Source: Candidatus Saccharimonadota bacterium
GTDB lineage: Bacteria > Patescibacteriota > Patescibacteriia > 2-12-FULL-60-25
Length of the DNA stretch: 32,000 nt
Reading direction: 5' to 3'
Assembly: GCA_016699205.1 (NCBI GenBank)
Contig: CP064964.1
Location: 480,001-512,000 of the forward strand
Under the pieces are notes generated by a model that had not been told where the DNA came from, did not search any database, and saw only the letters and a list, made by a program, of their open reading frames with translations. Both the position numbers and the translations under genes were made by a program. Shown piece by piece: positions 25,095 through 32,000 of this stretch (positions within the stretch are counted from its first letter, which is position 1; every line of letters begins with the position of its first letter).

Positions 25095-26405
25095 TTATTC
25101 CACTTTTAGATCGATGCGGTCTTTGAGACTTGGCACGGAATCGATCCACGCTGGTTGGATTTTTACTTCTACGGATTCCACCCCTTCTACGGCTCGCAGC
25201 AGGCTCTCCGCTTCTGATTTACTCTTCCCCGCAATGACAGACTTCTGCAGCAAAGGACTGGCTGGGCTCAAGCGATAGGCAGCGTCGGCGGAAACGCGGA
25301 TGGAGGCGATTTCCTGCGCAATATCGGATGACTCGAGCGAGTAGGTAATGGCGCCGCTATCGAACGGTAAGAATTCTCGGCCGGTCGGGACACGCTCGCG
25401 GAGACGGGATCGAACCAAGGTCTGCATATCCTCTTTTCCGTAGTAGACGGCGGTGACATCGAGCTTGATGGAGGCGAGGAAGTTCTCAGCGACGTCGCCT
25501 GGGCGAACCATGAACTTGCGATCAACGACTTTCACGACGTACACGACTTCCAAGTTGGTGGTGCTTCCGACTTCACCGGCGAGAGATTTCATTGCTTGGT
25601 TGAGGACGGTGTCGGTCAGGGATTTTTCTGCGCGGTCGAGATCGCTCTGCATGACCGGTTTACCAGCTTTTGGCTTTGTCGTTGTCGCGGCAGAAGAAGC
25701 TGGAGGCGTGACCGGCTTGGTTGCAGCGGCAGAATCCTGAGCTACCGCTTGGAAAGCAGCGTCGGACTCGGCGTAGATGTATTGTTGAATGTCGACAAAG
25801 AGTCCTGGAATCGTGAATTTCTGCGGACCGGTGAGCACGAATTGGCTTCCTGGCTTATCGGCGTATACACCGACCGACACTTCCCCACCTGGCGGGACAA
25901 CGACCTGTGCGTCGATGCGGTAGAGCTTGTTATCGCTTGTGAGCAGACGCGTTGTCTTTACCAAGGTTTGGGACTTTGAGTATTTGTTAACGATGCGTAC
26001 CGTACCTTTAGCAATCACGTTCTCGTTTACGACAGGTACCGGAGTCACGACAGGCGCAGGAGTGGTCGTCGGAGCCTTTGTGGGATCGACTGGCTCGCCG
26101 GCGGCACCGAGAACCGGGAACTCTTGGACCTTTTCAAATACGCCCTGAACAACGCGGCCAGGAATTTGTCCCGTTTTTGGTTCTTTGGCGACCTCAACGA
26201 CGCCATCGAGACGCACGCGGTCGCGTTTCACCTTTACCAACACTTCCGCTTTGACCGATGTCAGCCACAAAACAGCCAACACGATCACCACGGTCAGCGC
26301 GATGAATGTGTAAGCGATACGGCGATAGACGCTTGGCTGAGAAATCGTCGGAAAAGACGGGGCATTGATATGCACGGAACCGGGTCGGCGTCGGGACAAA
26401 TTCAT
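25095..26405 (-). CDS. N-terminally anchored extracytoplasmic protein, unknown function
   Basis: 436 aa with one TM (IAYTFIALTVVIVLAVLWLTSV) and two Pro/Thr/Ala-rich linkers separating beta-rich segments. Any resemblance to baseplate-J-like annotations is from memory only. Confidence 0.5.
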   Translation of the reverse strand: MNLSRRRPGSVHINAPSFPTISQPSVYRRIAYTFIALTVVIVLAVLWLTSVKAEVLVKVKRDRVRLDGVVEVAKEPKTGQIPGRVVQGVFEKVQEFPVLGAAGEPVDPTKAPTTTPAPVVTPVPVVNENVIAKGTVRIVNKYSKSQTLVKTTRLLTSDNKLYRIDAQVVVPPGGEVSVGVYADKPGSQFVLTGPQKFTIPGLFVDIQQYIYAESDAAFQAVAQDSAAATKPVTPPASSAATTTKPKAGKPVMQSDLDRAEKSLTDTVLNQAMKSLAGEVGSTTNLEVVYVVKVVDRKFMVRPGDVAENFLASIKLDVTAVYYGKEDMQTLVRSRLRERVPTGREFLPFDSGAITYSLESSDIAQEIASIRVSADAAYRLSPASPLLQKSVIAGKSKSEAESLLRAVEGVESVEVKIQPAWIDSVPSLKDRIDLKVE

Positions 26406-26422
26406 AAACTGTTAATTCCCTG

Positions 26423-26431
26423 AGTATACCA
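26423..26431 (-). promoter_or_regulatory. Extended -10 promoter TGGTATACT for gene 25095..26405
   Basis: Minus strand TGGTATACT lies ~17 nt upstream of the ATG, implying a leader of ~11 nt with no SD. Confidence 0.5.
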
Positions 26432-26452
26432 CAATTCTTTATTGGTAAAGCC

Positions 26453-28639
26453 CTAGGATGCAAGGATGCGCTGCTTCAAATTGGAGACGTTTTGGACTTC
26501 CTGCTCCAATTCCGCGACTTTTTGCTTCAGACTGATGTTTTCTACCTTGGTATGCGATAGTTCCCCCTCCAAAATCGAGATCTTATGCTTCAAGCCATTG
26601 ATCTGCTGGTCAAAATAGAGCTCACGGACTCGCGCATCAATGACTTTATCGATCGAATCCTCGTAATTTTCCTTGGTGGCACCCTTTTTCTTGATTTGAT
26701 CGATGACAAATTTGAGGACTTCCTCGCCTTCCACCTCGCCTTTGGTCGACAACTGTTTAATCAGCAACTCGCCTTCCGCACCAAAAATAGCTTTCTGCGA
26801 GTACTTCAGGAGCTGTTCGTAACGCATCATGTCCCCCGACTTCTCCCCTGCCCACTTTTCCTCGACGAGTAGCTTGATGCGGTTGAAGCCTTTTTGAATT
26901 TCCAGCTGCTTGTCGGCAAAGCGGAGCGCGTACTCGGCGAGTTCGTTGCGCTCTTCTTTTGATCCCGGCTCGGAATTCATCGGCAAACCATTGTCGGCGA
27001 CGAGCTTGCGCATCCCCTCTAGATCCAAAGGACCGAGCGAACCAAAGTTGAACGACAATTTTTGCTTGTAAAACTTCCCAAGAGCCGCATCGCCCTGAAG
27101 CGGGATTGCCGCAGCCTCATGCTGGCGGGCCAGTATCATTTCTTTAATGCGTTCCGCGGCATCATCGCCACCGCCCGTGATGCCAAAGGCGAATTCATCG
27201 CCACCGACGCGATACGCCTCCACGAGTATTCCTTCTTTGGATGCTTCCGCGGCGATTCCGTCGAGAAGTTCCGCGGCTTTTTTAATCGCGATGTTTCCGG
27301 TCTTATCGTTTCCTTCCTTATCGAAATACTTCAGGAACGCGAGGTCGATGTAGACGACGCCGACGGGCTTCCCACTCTCTAAACCGCTTTCCATCTGCTT
27401 GAACATGCGGCCGCGTTCCGCAAGACCCGTGGCCGGATTGCGGTCGGCGGCTTCAATTTCCGCATCGAGTACGGCGAGCTCGATATCGTCGGCGTCTGCG
27501 CCGGCGGCTTTGAGTTCATCGACCTTGGCGCGCTTCTTGGCGATCTCGGCAAAGCCGCGTGTTGGCTTGGGAGGTTCAAATCCATTCTCCGTACGCTCCG
27601 CCGCCGACGCCTCGCCCTTCAAGATCACATCAGGAAAGCCCGGGATACCGAGCTTCTGCTGGGCGGCAAACTCGCCGAGCGTTCTATCGATGCCGCGCTG
27701 GGTGTCACGACGGCTTGCGTACTGCCGGCGGGCTTCACTCTCCGCGAGGCGGTGTCTGGCGTCGATATCGGCCGCGGCAAATCGCTGTTGGAATGTTTCA
27801 AAATCGGGCGGGTCCTTTTCATCCGCATTTCGAAATAATTCTGCGAGCACCTTTTGATACTTCAAATAAAACTCCTCGGCCTTTGCCGGTTGCGTATCGA
27901 TCATTTCCTGCATGCGCTTCATGCGGCTTTCCACTTTTTGGCGATCGTTCTGTTGCTGCAACAGTTCCTTCACGACGCCGATAGCAGGACCTTCCGGCTT
28001 TTCCGCAGAAAATAATGCCTTACGTTCTTCCGGCTTCAGCGCATTGATGATTCCAACCATGTCGGACTGGCTCGCCAAACTTGCTTCCATTGGAGCGTCG
28101 GGACCGATGGCAGCTAGGGCGTCTTTTGCATCGCTGAGAGCGTGCGTAATTTTCTCCGCCGTTGCGCGATCGGCATTTTTGAGACGGACACTGAAGTCAT
28201 TTCCGGATGTTCGATAGACGTCAAACTGGGAGGGCTTGAGGACAGTCGCGAGCGTCTTTCTAATACGAGCCGCGGCAGCTTCAAGCGCCTTGTCTCCACT
28301 TGAGTGATCTCCTTCCGCATTCACGCGATCAAGCTCACCCATGTTTACGAGGAGGTAATGTGTTTTGAGATCTTCCGGACGGGGGGCAAGTATTTGCTCT
28401 TCCCCCTCCCCTTCAAAGCCACGCTTGGTTAAGTCCTCGACCATGTCGCGGCCAAAGTAGTCACCTTTCCATGAACCCGTATTATCATGTTGGGCATCAA
28501 AAAGCTCGAGGCGCCCATCCATAATCTTCCGCTTCTTGCTCTCCGGCGGAAGCTCATCCCTAAGCCGAACAAGCTCGGAACGCGAGCGGTCACGCTGCCT
28601 CAGAGCGGCGGGTTTTTCTTGGCGAATTTCTCCGTCCAT
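26453..28639 (-). CDS. Large helical protein with two GGDEF-like (palm/nucleotidyl cyclase) domains and a C-terminal coiled coil
   Basis: 728 aa from ATG 28639. Domain 2 reads DRNPATGLAERGRMF...VVYIDLAFLKYFDKEGNDKTGNIAIKKAA...AYRVGGDEFAF, with GGDEF encoded at 27191-27205. Domain 1 is degenerate: HYLLVNMGELDRVNAEGDHSSGDKAL...VYRTSGNDFSV. The C-terminus has heptad-like repeats (LKHKISILEGELSHTKVENISLKQKVAELEQEVQNV). Confidence 0.65.
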   Translation of the reverse strand: MDGEIRQEKPAALRQRDRSRSELVRLRDELPPESKKRKIMDGRLELFDAQHDNTGSWKGDYFGRDMVEDLTKRGFEGEGEEQILAPRPEDLKTHYLLVNMGELDRVNAEGDHSSGDKALEAAAARIRKTLATVLKPSQFDVYRTSGNDFSVRLKNADRATAEKITHALSDAKDALAAIGPDAPMEASLASQSDMVGIINALKPEERKALFSAEKPEGPAIGVVKELLQQQNDRQKVESRMKRMQEMIDTQPAKAEEFYLKYQKVLAELFRNADEKDPPDFETFQQRFAAADIDARHRLAESEARRQYASRRDTQRGIDRTLGEFAAQQKLGIPGFPDVILKGEASAAERTENGFEPPKPTRGFAEIAKKRAKVDELKAAGADADDIELAVLDAEIEAADRNPATGLAERGRMFKQMESGLESGKPVGVVYIDLAFLKYFDKEGNDKTGNIAIKKAAELLDGIAAEASKEGILVEAYRVGGDEFAFGITGGGDDAAERIKEMILARQHEAAAIPLQGDAALGKFYKQKLSFNFGSLGPLDLEGMRKLVADNGLPMNSEPGSKEERNELAEYALRFADKQLEIQKGFNRIKLLVEEKWAGEKSGDMMRYEQLLKYSQKAIFGAEGELLIKQLSTKGEVEGEEVLKFVIDQIKKKGATKENYEDSIDKVIDARVRELYFDQQINGLKHKISILEGELSHTKVENISLKQKVAELEQEVQNVSNLKQRILAS

Positions 28640-28670
28640 ACTGGCCAAAGAATAGCATAAAAACGACGAG

Positions 28671-28698
28671 CCCCGGACCAACCTATGTTGGACCGGGG
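28671..28698 (-). terminator. Terminator hairpin of the 89-aa satellite ORF
   Basis: CCCCGGTCCAAC-ATAG-GTTGGTCCGGGG forms a 12-bp stem with one mismatch, followed by CTCGTCGTTTTTA on the minus strand. Confidence 0.6.
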
Positions 28699-28722
28699 CG
28701 TAGAGACGGAAAGCGCGAGCGC

Positions 28723-28992
28723 TCAGAGTATGGAAGCGATGTCCCCCACGGAGGGCGTGGGAGTCTGCTTCATGGTGGGCATGACAGCGATGGCGGCGAT
28801 GGCGGCGGCCTCGGGTAGCGTCTTCAGGTCGTGAGCGCTCTCGAGACGGATGAAGTCGGAACCTCGGTAGCCGAGGTGGTCGTTCATCTTGTTCTGCAGA
28901 GATGCGAGCTGCGTCTCCGGAAGGGTAAGCCCCCTCGGAAGATCCATGAAGAGCCTGTATGCCTGTTCGCCGTACGACATCGTGTCACCCAT
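28723..28992 (-). CDS. Small GC3-rich orphan protein (satellite cassette)
   Basis: 89-aa ORF (MGDTMSYGEQAYRLF...AAAIAAIAVMPTMKQ...). Its codon third positions are visibly G/C-rich compared with its neighbours. It has its own TTGACAAAA box and terminator, and coding status is plausible but unproven. Confidence 0.45.
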   Translation of the reverse strand: MGDTMSYGEQAYRLFMDLPRGLTLPETQLASLQNKMNDHLGYRGSDFIRLESAHDLKTLPEAAAIAAIAVMPTMKQTPTPSVGDIASIL

Positions 28993-28998
28993 ATCCGC

Positions 28999-29027
28999 AC
29001 CTCATCACAATAATAATGTTTTGTCAA
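28999..29027 (-). promoter_or_regulatory. TTGACAAAA -35 box with a weak -10 (TGaTGAGGT), upstream of the 89-aa ORF
   Basis: TTGACA is at 29027-29022, with TG at spacer positions 15-16 as in the other copies. The -10 is poor. The geometry would place the TSS at or near the ATG (28992), giving a leaderless mRNA. Confidence 0.4.
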
Positions 29028-29029
29028 TC

Positions 29030-31006
29030 TTACGGCTTTTTTACCACACCCTTACCTTCTGCGGATTCGTCGCTGATCAAATCTGTTGTGAGAGCGGGCT
29101 TGGCGCGTACCAAAGGCTCGGTGGTTGCGGCGTCGGTAGCCGTTAAACGCGTCTCGCCGAGCAAGCGGGCAAAGCGGCCGATATCGAGGTCAGAAGGTGT
29201 GAGGGAGATATCAAAGCGGGCGGTTAAATCACGGATATCCTCTGGCATGCGGTTTAATTTCCAGCGAACGGTGCGCGTCGCTTCTTCATAGACGATATCA
29301 CCTGCATCAACGAGCGACTGCTCGCTCCAAGCAACATTGGGCGGCAAGGCTGCGGAGACCTCGAGATTATCGAGACCGTGGAGTTTTTTCTCGATCGACC
29401 ATTCAATACGATAGACCGTGGTTTTTCCGGCGACTGGCGGCAATGGACCGGTTCCGAGCGGTGCGCCTTCTTCCGTAAAATAGCGGGCGATGGCTTTTAC
29501 GTCGGCGTCGGTGCGATAGCGGACGCGGATCGGGTTGGCGCGGAGAACGCGGTTCACTTTATCCTTGCCGACGGTCGCGAGCGTACCTGTGAGGTCGAGG
29601 CTGATCAGCGCGTCCTTGGTTCCGCTGGTCACGCCGAGCGAGGGTAGCGTGACTTCAATGGTCCCCTCTTCTCCGGGGGCCAGCTCGGCAAAATCCGGAA
29701 TGGTATTTTTGTCGTAGCGGATGGTCTGGATGCGGGGTTTAGTACTTGTTGTGCCGCGCGCGGAGGCTTCAAGCTCGGTCCAATCGACGAGAGTTGTACC
29801 TGTGGCCGATACGCCGTTCACGAGAGACTCGACGCCTAATGTTACGGTTACATTTCCGAGCGTTTCCGGGCTGACATTTTTATAGGCGATAGCGATACGC
29901 AGAGAATCGCCCGGCTGCATGGTGCGGTCGGAGTCGGAACCGTTGGCGACCATGCGTAAACTTAGGTCGCCAGCCAAGACCGGGACCATCGATTCCTGGC
30001 TATAGAGCGTGAGGAACTCTGTGCCGCGCAATCGACCGACGCGAACTTTAAAAACGGATTCACCGGAGCTACCGGAGACAAAGGAGCCCGCGAAATTCCA
30101 TGTGCTTGTAGCACTGGGGGCGAGCGTCGAGAGCGTCTGTTCCCATTCATGACCATCAGCTGTCGGCAAAAGTGTGGTACCTGTTGAAGCTGTTGGGATG
30201 AAGCCTGTTGGAAATGCGTAGCGGACGATCAAGCCGGATAATTCTTGGCTGCCGCGATTGGCGAGTTCAAAGGTAAAAGGCACTTGGTCGCCAGCAATGG
30301 TTTTGGCGGGCAAGAGAACGCGTCCATCAAAAACCGAAGCGCCGTAATCAAGCGATTGCGTGGCGAGGGATTCACGTGAACGAGTTTGACCGGAGGGTCG
30401 ATAGGTGGCGATGGCTTGAAATGCGCTTTTAGCGCCGAGTGATCCAAGGAAAATACCCCGTACCGTGATCTGACCTTCTGCCGCCGGAGCGAGCATGCCA
30501 AGTTTCCAGGCCGTGTTCTGGGTTTCCGTTGGCCATGGGTCGGTGTAGGTCACTTGGAAATCGGCGGGCCAGGCGAGACGGAGCTCGGCATCGGAAACAG
30601 GCTGGAAGGCACGGTTGCGATACTTCACGACGAACGATTGTTCTTGGCCGAGCGTGATCGATGAAGGACCTTCAATCGCTACCTCAAGACCGAGATCATC
30701 GATTTCCGTATTTGGCTGGAGCCAGACAAGACCGAGCCAAGCAACGGCGCTCGTCATCGCACACAAAACAAGCAGCCAGGTGAAAAATCGGCGGATGCGA
30801 TGCGGCTTGGAGTGCTCGAGCGTAGCAAGATCTTTTTTGCCGCCTTCTGCGAGATAGATTTTTTCCAATCCCCTGGCGACTTCATCGCCTTTCTTTTTTC
30901 TGTCATCGGTTTCATCCTCGGAATAGGAAAAAAACGCCTTCTTCCATGGGCGTGGAGGCGGAGGCGGAAGGCGTTTTTTTGAATGTCCTGAGGAGGGCGT
31001 CGTCAT
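29030..31006 (-). CDS. Membrane-anchored surface protein with DUF11/CARDB-like Ig-fold repeats
   Basis: 658 aa with a Pro/Lys-rich cytoplasmic N-terminus and one TM (FFTWLLVLCAMTSAVAWLGLVWL). Repeated segments follow the pattern 'G..v.f.v.y.N.g...l..v.v...P.gf' (ITLGQEQSFVVKYRNRAFQPVSDAELRLAWPADF; AGDQVPFTFELANRGSQELSGLIVRYAFPTGF; PGDSLRIAIAYKNVSPETLGNVTVTL). Confidence 0.6.
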   Translation of the reverse strand: MTTPSSGHSKKRLPPPPPRPWKKAFFSYSEDETDDRKKKGDEVARGLEKIYLAEGGKKDLATLEHSKPHRIRRFFTWLLVLCAMTSAVAWLGLVWLQPNTEIDDLGLEVAIEGPSSITLGQEQSFVVKYRNRAFQPVSDAELRLAWPADFQVTYTDPWPTETQNTAWKLGMLAPAAEGQITVRGIFLGSLGAKSAFQAIATYRPSGQTRSRESLATQSLDYGASVFDGRVLLPAKTIAGDQVPFTFELANRGSQELSGLIVRYAFPTGFIPTASTGTTLLPTADGHEWEQTLSTLAPSATSTWNFAGSFVSGSSGESVFKVRVGRLRGTEFLTLYSQESMVPVLAGDLSLRMVANGSDSDRTMQPGDSLRIAIAYKNVSPETLGNVTVTLGVESLVNGVSATGTTLVDWTELEASARGTTSTKPRIQTIRYDKNTIPDFAELAPGEEGTIEVTLPSLGVTSGTKDALISLDLTGTLATVGKDKVNRVLRANPIRVRYRTDADVKAIARYFTEEGAPLGTGPLPPVAGKTTVYRIEWSIEKKLHGLDNLEVSAALPPNVAWSEQSLVDAGDIVYEEATRTVRWKLNRMPEDIRDLTARFDISLTPSDLDIGRFARLLGETRLTATDAATTEPLVRAKPALTTDLISDESAEGKGVVKKP

Positions 31007-32000
31007 GGCGTTTGTAATAATCCGGCGACAACCGTATCGCGGTTCCAGAGCCCATCATAACCGATCGTTGGCTGATTGTTGTTAGCCCAAGAAACTTGCC
31101 ACTCGGCCGGTAAGGCAACGGAAGACTTAATAACACGCTCAGGCTTACCCGATTGACTCGTGAGCTGGAGAACGTAAGCCGGTCTGCGGGCGCTGGAAGC
31201 TCGACCAACACCCTCTTGTAATCGGTTGGCGATTTCCGTGACTTCTGTCTCGCCCGGCTCGAGCTGAATCCATCCGCCAAATGCCGTGCGGCCAAATTCA
31301 TCGGTGATGCGGACATTGCCAGGGCCAATGCGGGGACGCGATTCATTTGCGACCACATCTTGGTCTTCCGGATCGGTTGGCAGCGGGGTTTCAAACAGGT
31401 TTTGTGCAGGCGGATTGAAACCTGAAGCGGCGATGAGCTCGCTTCCCTGCGGAACATACACGCGCAGATAGGTGACATTGTTAGCGCCATGGAAAATCTG
31501 TCCTTTTTGTCCGCGATGCGTGCGCGTGATGGTGACTTTATCGGTGATGGAGCCGTCCGGAGCGATGGTTGCGGCGTGCTCGACTTTTTCATCGATCAAT
31601 AGATCGGATTTTTGTCCGCCGATGTTGGTATTTACGACGGCAAGACTATCGCCAGGAACCGTTTTGAGACGGCTCGACCAGCCAAAGCGGTCGGAGAGCT
31701 CTTGCTCATTGTCGCGCGTGAACCAAGCTTGAATATCTTTTTCAACCAAGGCATCCGTTCCGAGTTTTGCAATATCGATCCATTGCTCATTGGACGCTTT
31801 GCTGATGCGCTCGAGCAATTTTGCCATCAAATCGCCAATGAATTTTTTTGGTTTATTTTCCTCGCGATCATACTCGACCTCAACGGCGAGCTGGGCTTCC
31901 TGCATGAAGTTTTCCGAGGTGATGACTTTGCCGTATTCCGGCATTTCAATCGGACCCGTAATTTTGAGCAGGTTTACAACAAGGCGAGCGTTGACCGTGA
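31003..32000 (-). CDS. DUF4012-like protein, C-terminal part (gene continues beyond the window end)
   Basis: The frame stays open upstream of the listed Met to position 32000 (…TVNARLVVNLLKITGPIEMPEYGKVI…). Segments VVNTNIGGQKSDLLIDEKV and NVTYLRVYVPQGSELI resemble DUF4012 proteins as I remember them. There is a 4-nt overlap with the downstream gene. Confidence 0.55.
   Translation of the reverse strand, partial: TVNARLVVNLLKITGPIEMPEYGKVITSENFMQEAQLAVEVEYDREENKPKKFIGDLMAKLLERISKASNEQWIDIAKLGTDALVEKDIQAWFTRDNEQELSDRFGWSSRLKTVPGDSLAVVNTNIGGQKSDLLIDEKVEHAATIAPDGSITDKVTITRTHRGQKGQIFHGANNVTYLRVYVPQGSELIAASGFNPPAQNLFETPLPTDPEDQDVVANESRPRIGPGNVRITDEFGRTAFGGWIQLEPGETEVTEIANRLQEGVGRASSARRPAYVLQLTSQSGKPERVIKSSVALPAEWQVSWANNNQPTIGYDGLWNRDTVVAGLLQTP

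Noticed and set aside
25095-26405. The 436-aa protein considered as a phage baseplate-J-like or prophage remnant.
   Set aside because: The resemblance is a vague recollection only. The gene has an N-terminal membrane anchor, backbone-like composition and no neighbouring phage genes.

Overview
The window is a mostly minus-strand housekeeping backbone. By hand count of a few 60-nt lines it is about 50% GC. Its gene content and style resemble a streamlined CPR/Patescibacteria-like bacterium, but that assignment is inference only. Backbone genes are a DUF1801 protein, a VOC/PhnB-like protein, tRNA-Tyr, tRNA-Thr, a TPR membrane protein, tpiA, an M16 peptidase, glyQS, frr, a BNR-repeat lipoprotein, holB, an E/K-rich protein, rplT, rpmI, infC, tmRNA, smpB, an AI-2E transporter, a polytopic membrane protein, an HtrA-like pseudoprotease, a Wzz-like protein, thrS with a T-box leader, a membrane-anchored protein, a tandem GGDEF-like protein, a DUF11-like surface protein and a partial DUF4012 protein. 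The main anomaly is a ~6.4 kb island at ~9.1-15.55 kb inserted between holB and the E/K-rich gene. Hand-counted lines in the island are ~63-77% GC. It holds five GC3-rich minus-strand ORFs: two same-architecture exported proteins with OMP-like C-terminal beta-barrel regions, two lipoproteins (one with DNDCDG/MopE-type Cys-rich repeats) and one cytoplasmic orphan. Three of the five ORFs (both barrel-like genes and the orphan) have AT-rich TTGACAAAA-type consensus sigma70 promoters and clear Shine-Dalgarno sites; the two lipoprotein genes have only weak purine-rich SD-like tracts and no TTGACAAAA box. The backbone genes lack both signals. The same promoter 9-mer marks a satellite 89-aa GC-rich ORF at 28.7-29.0 kb. 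No integrase, transposase, CRISPR array or rRNA is visible. All functional calls rest on motif recognition by eye, with no database searches.
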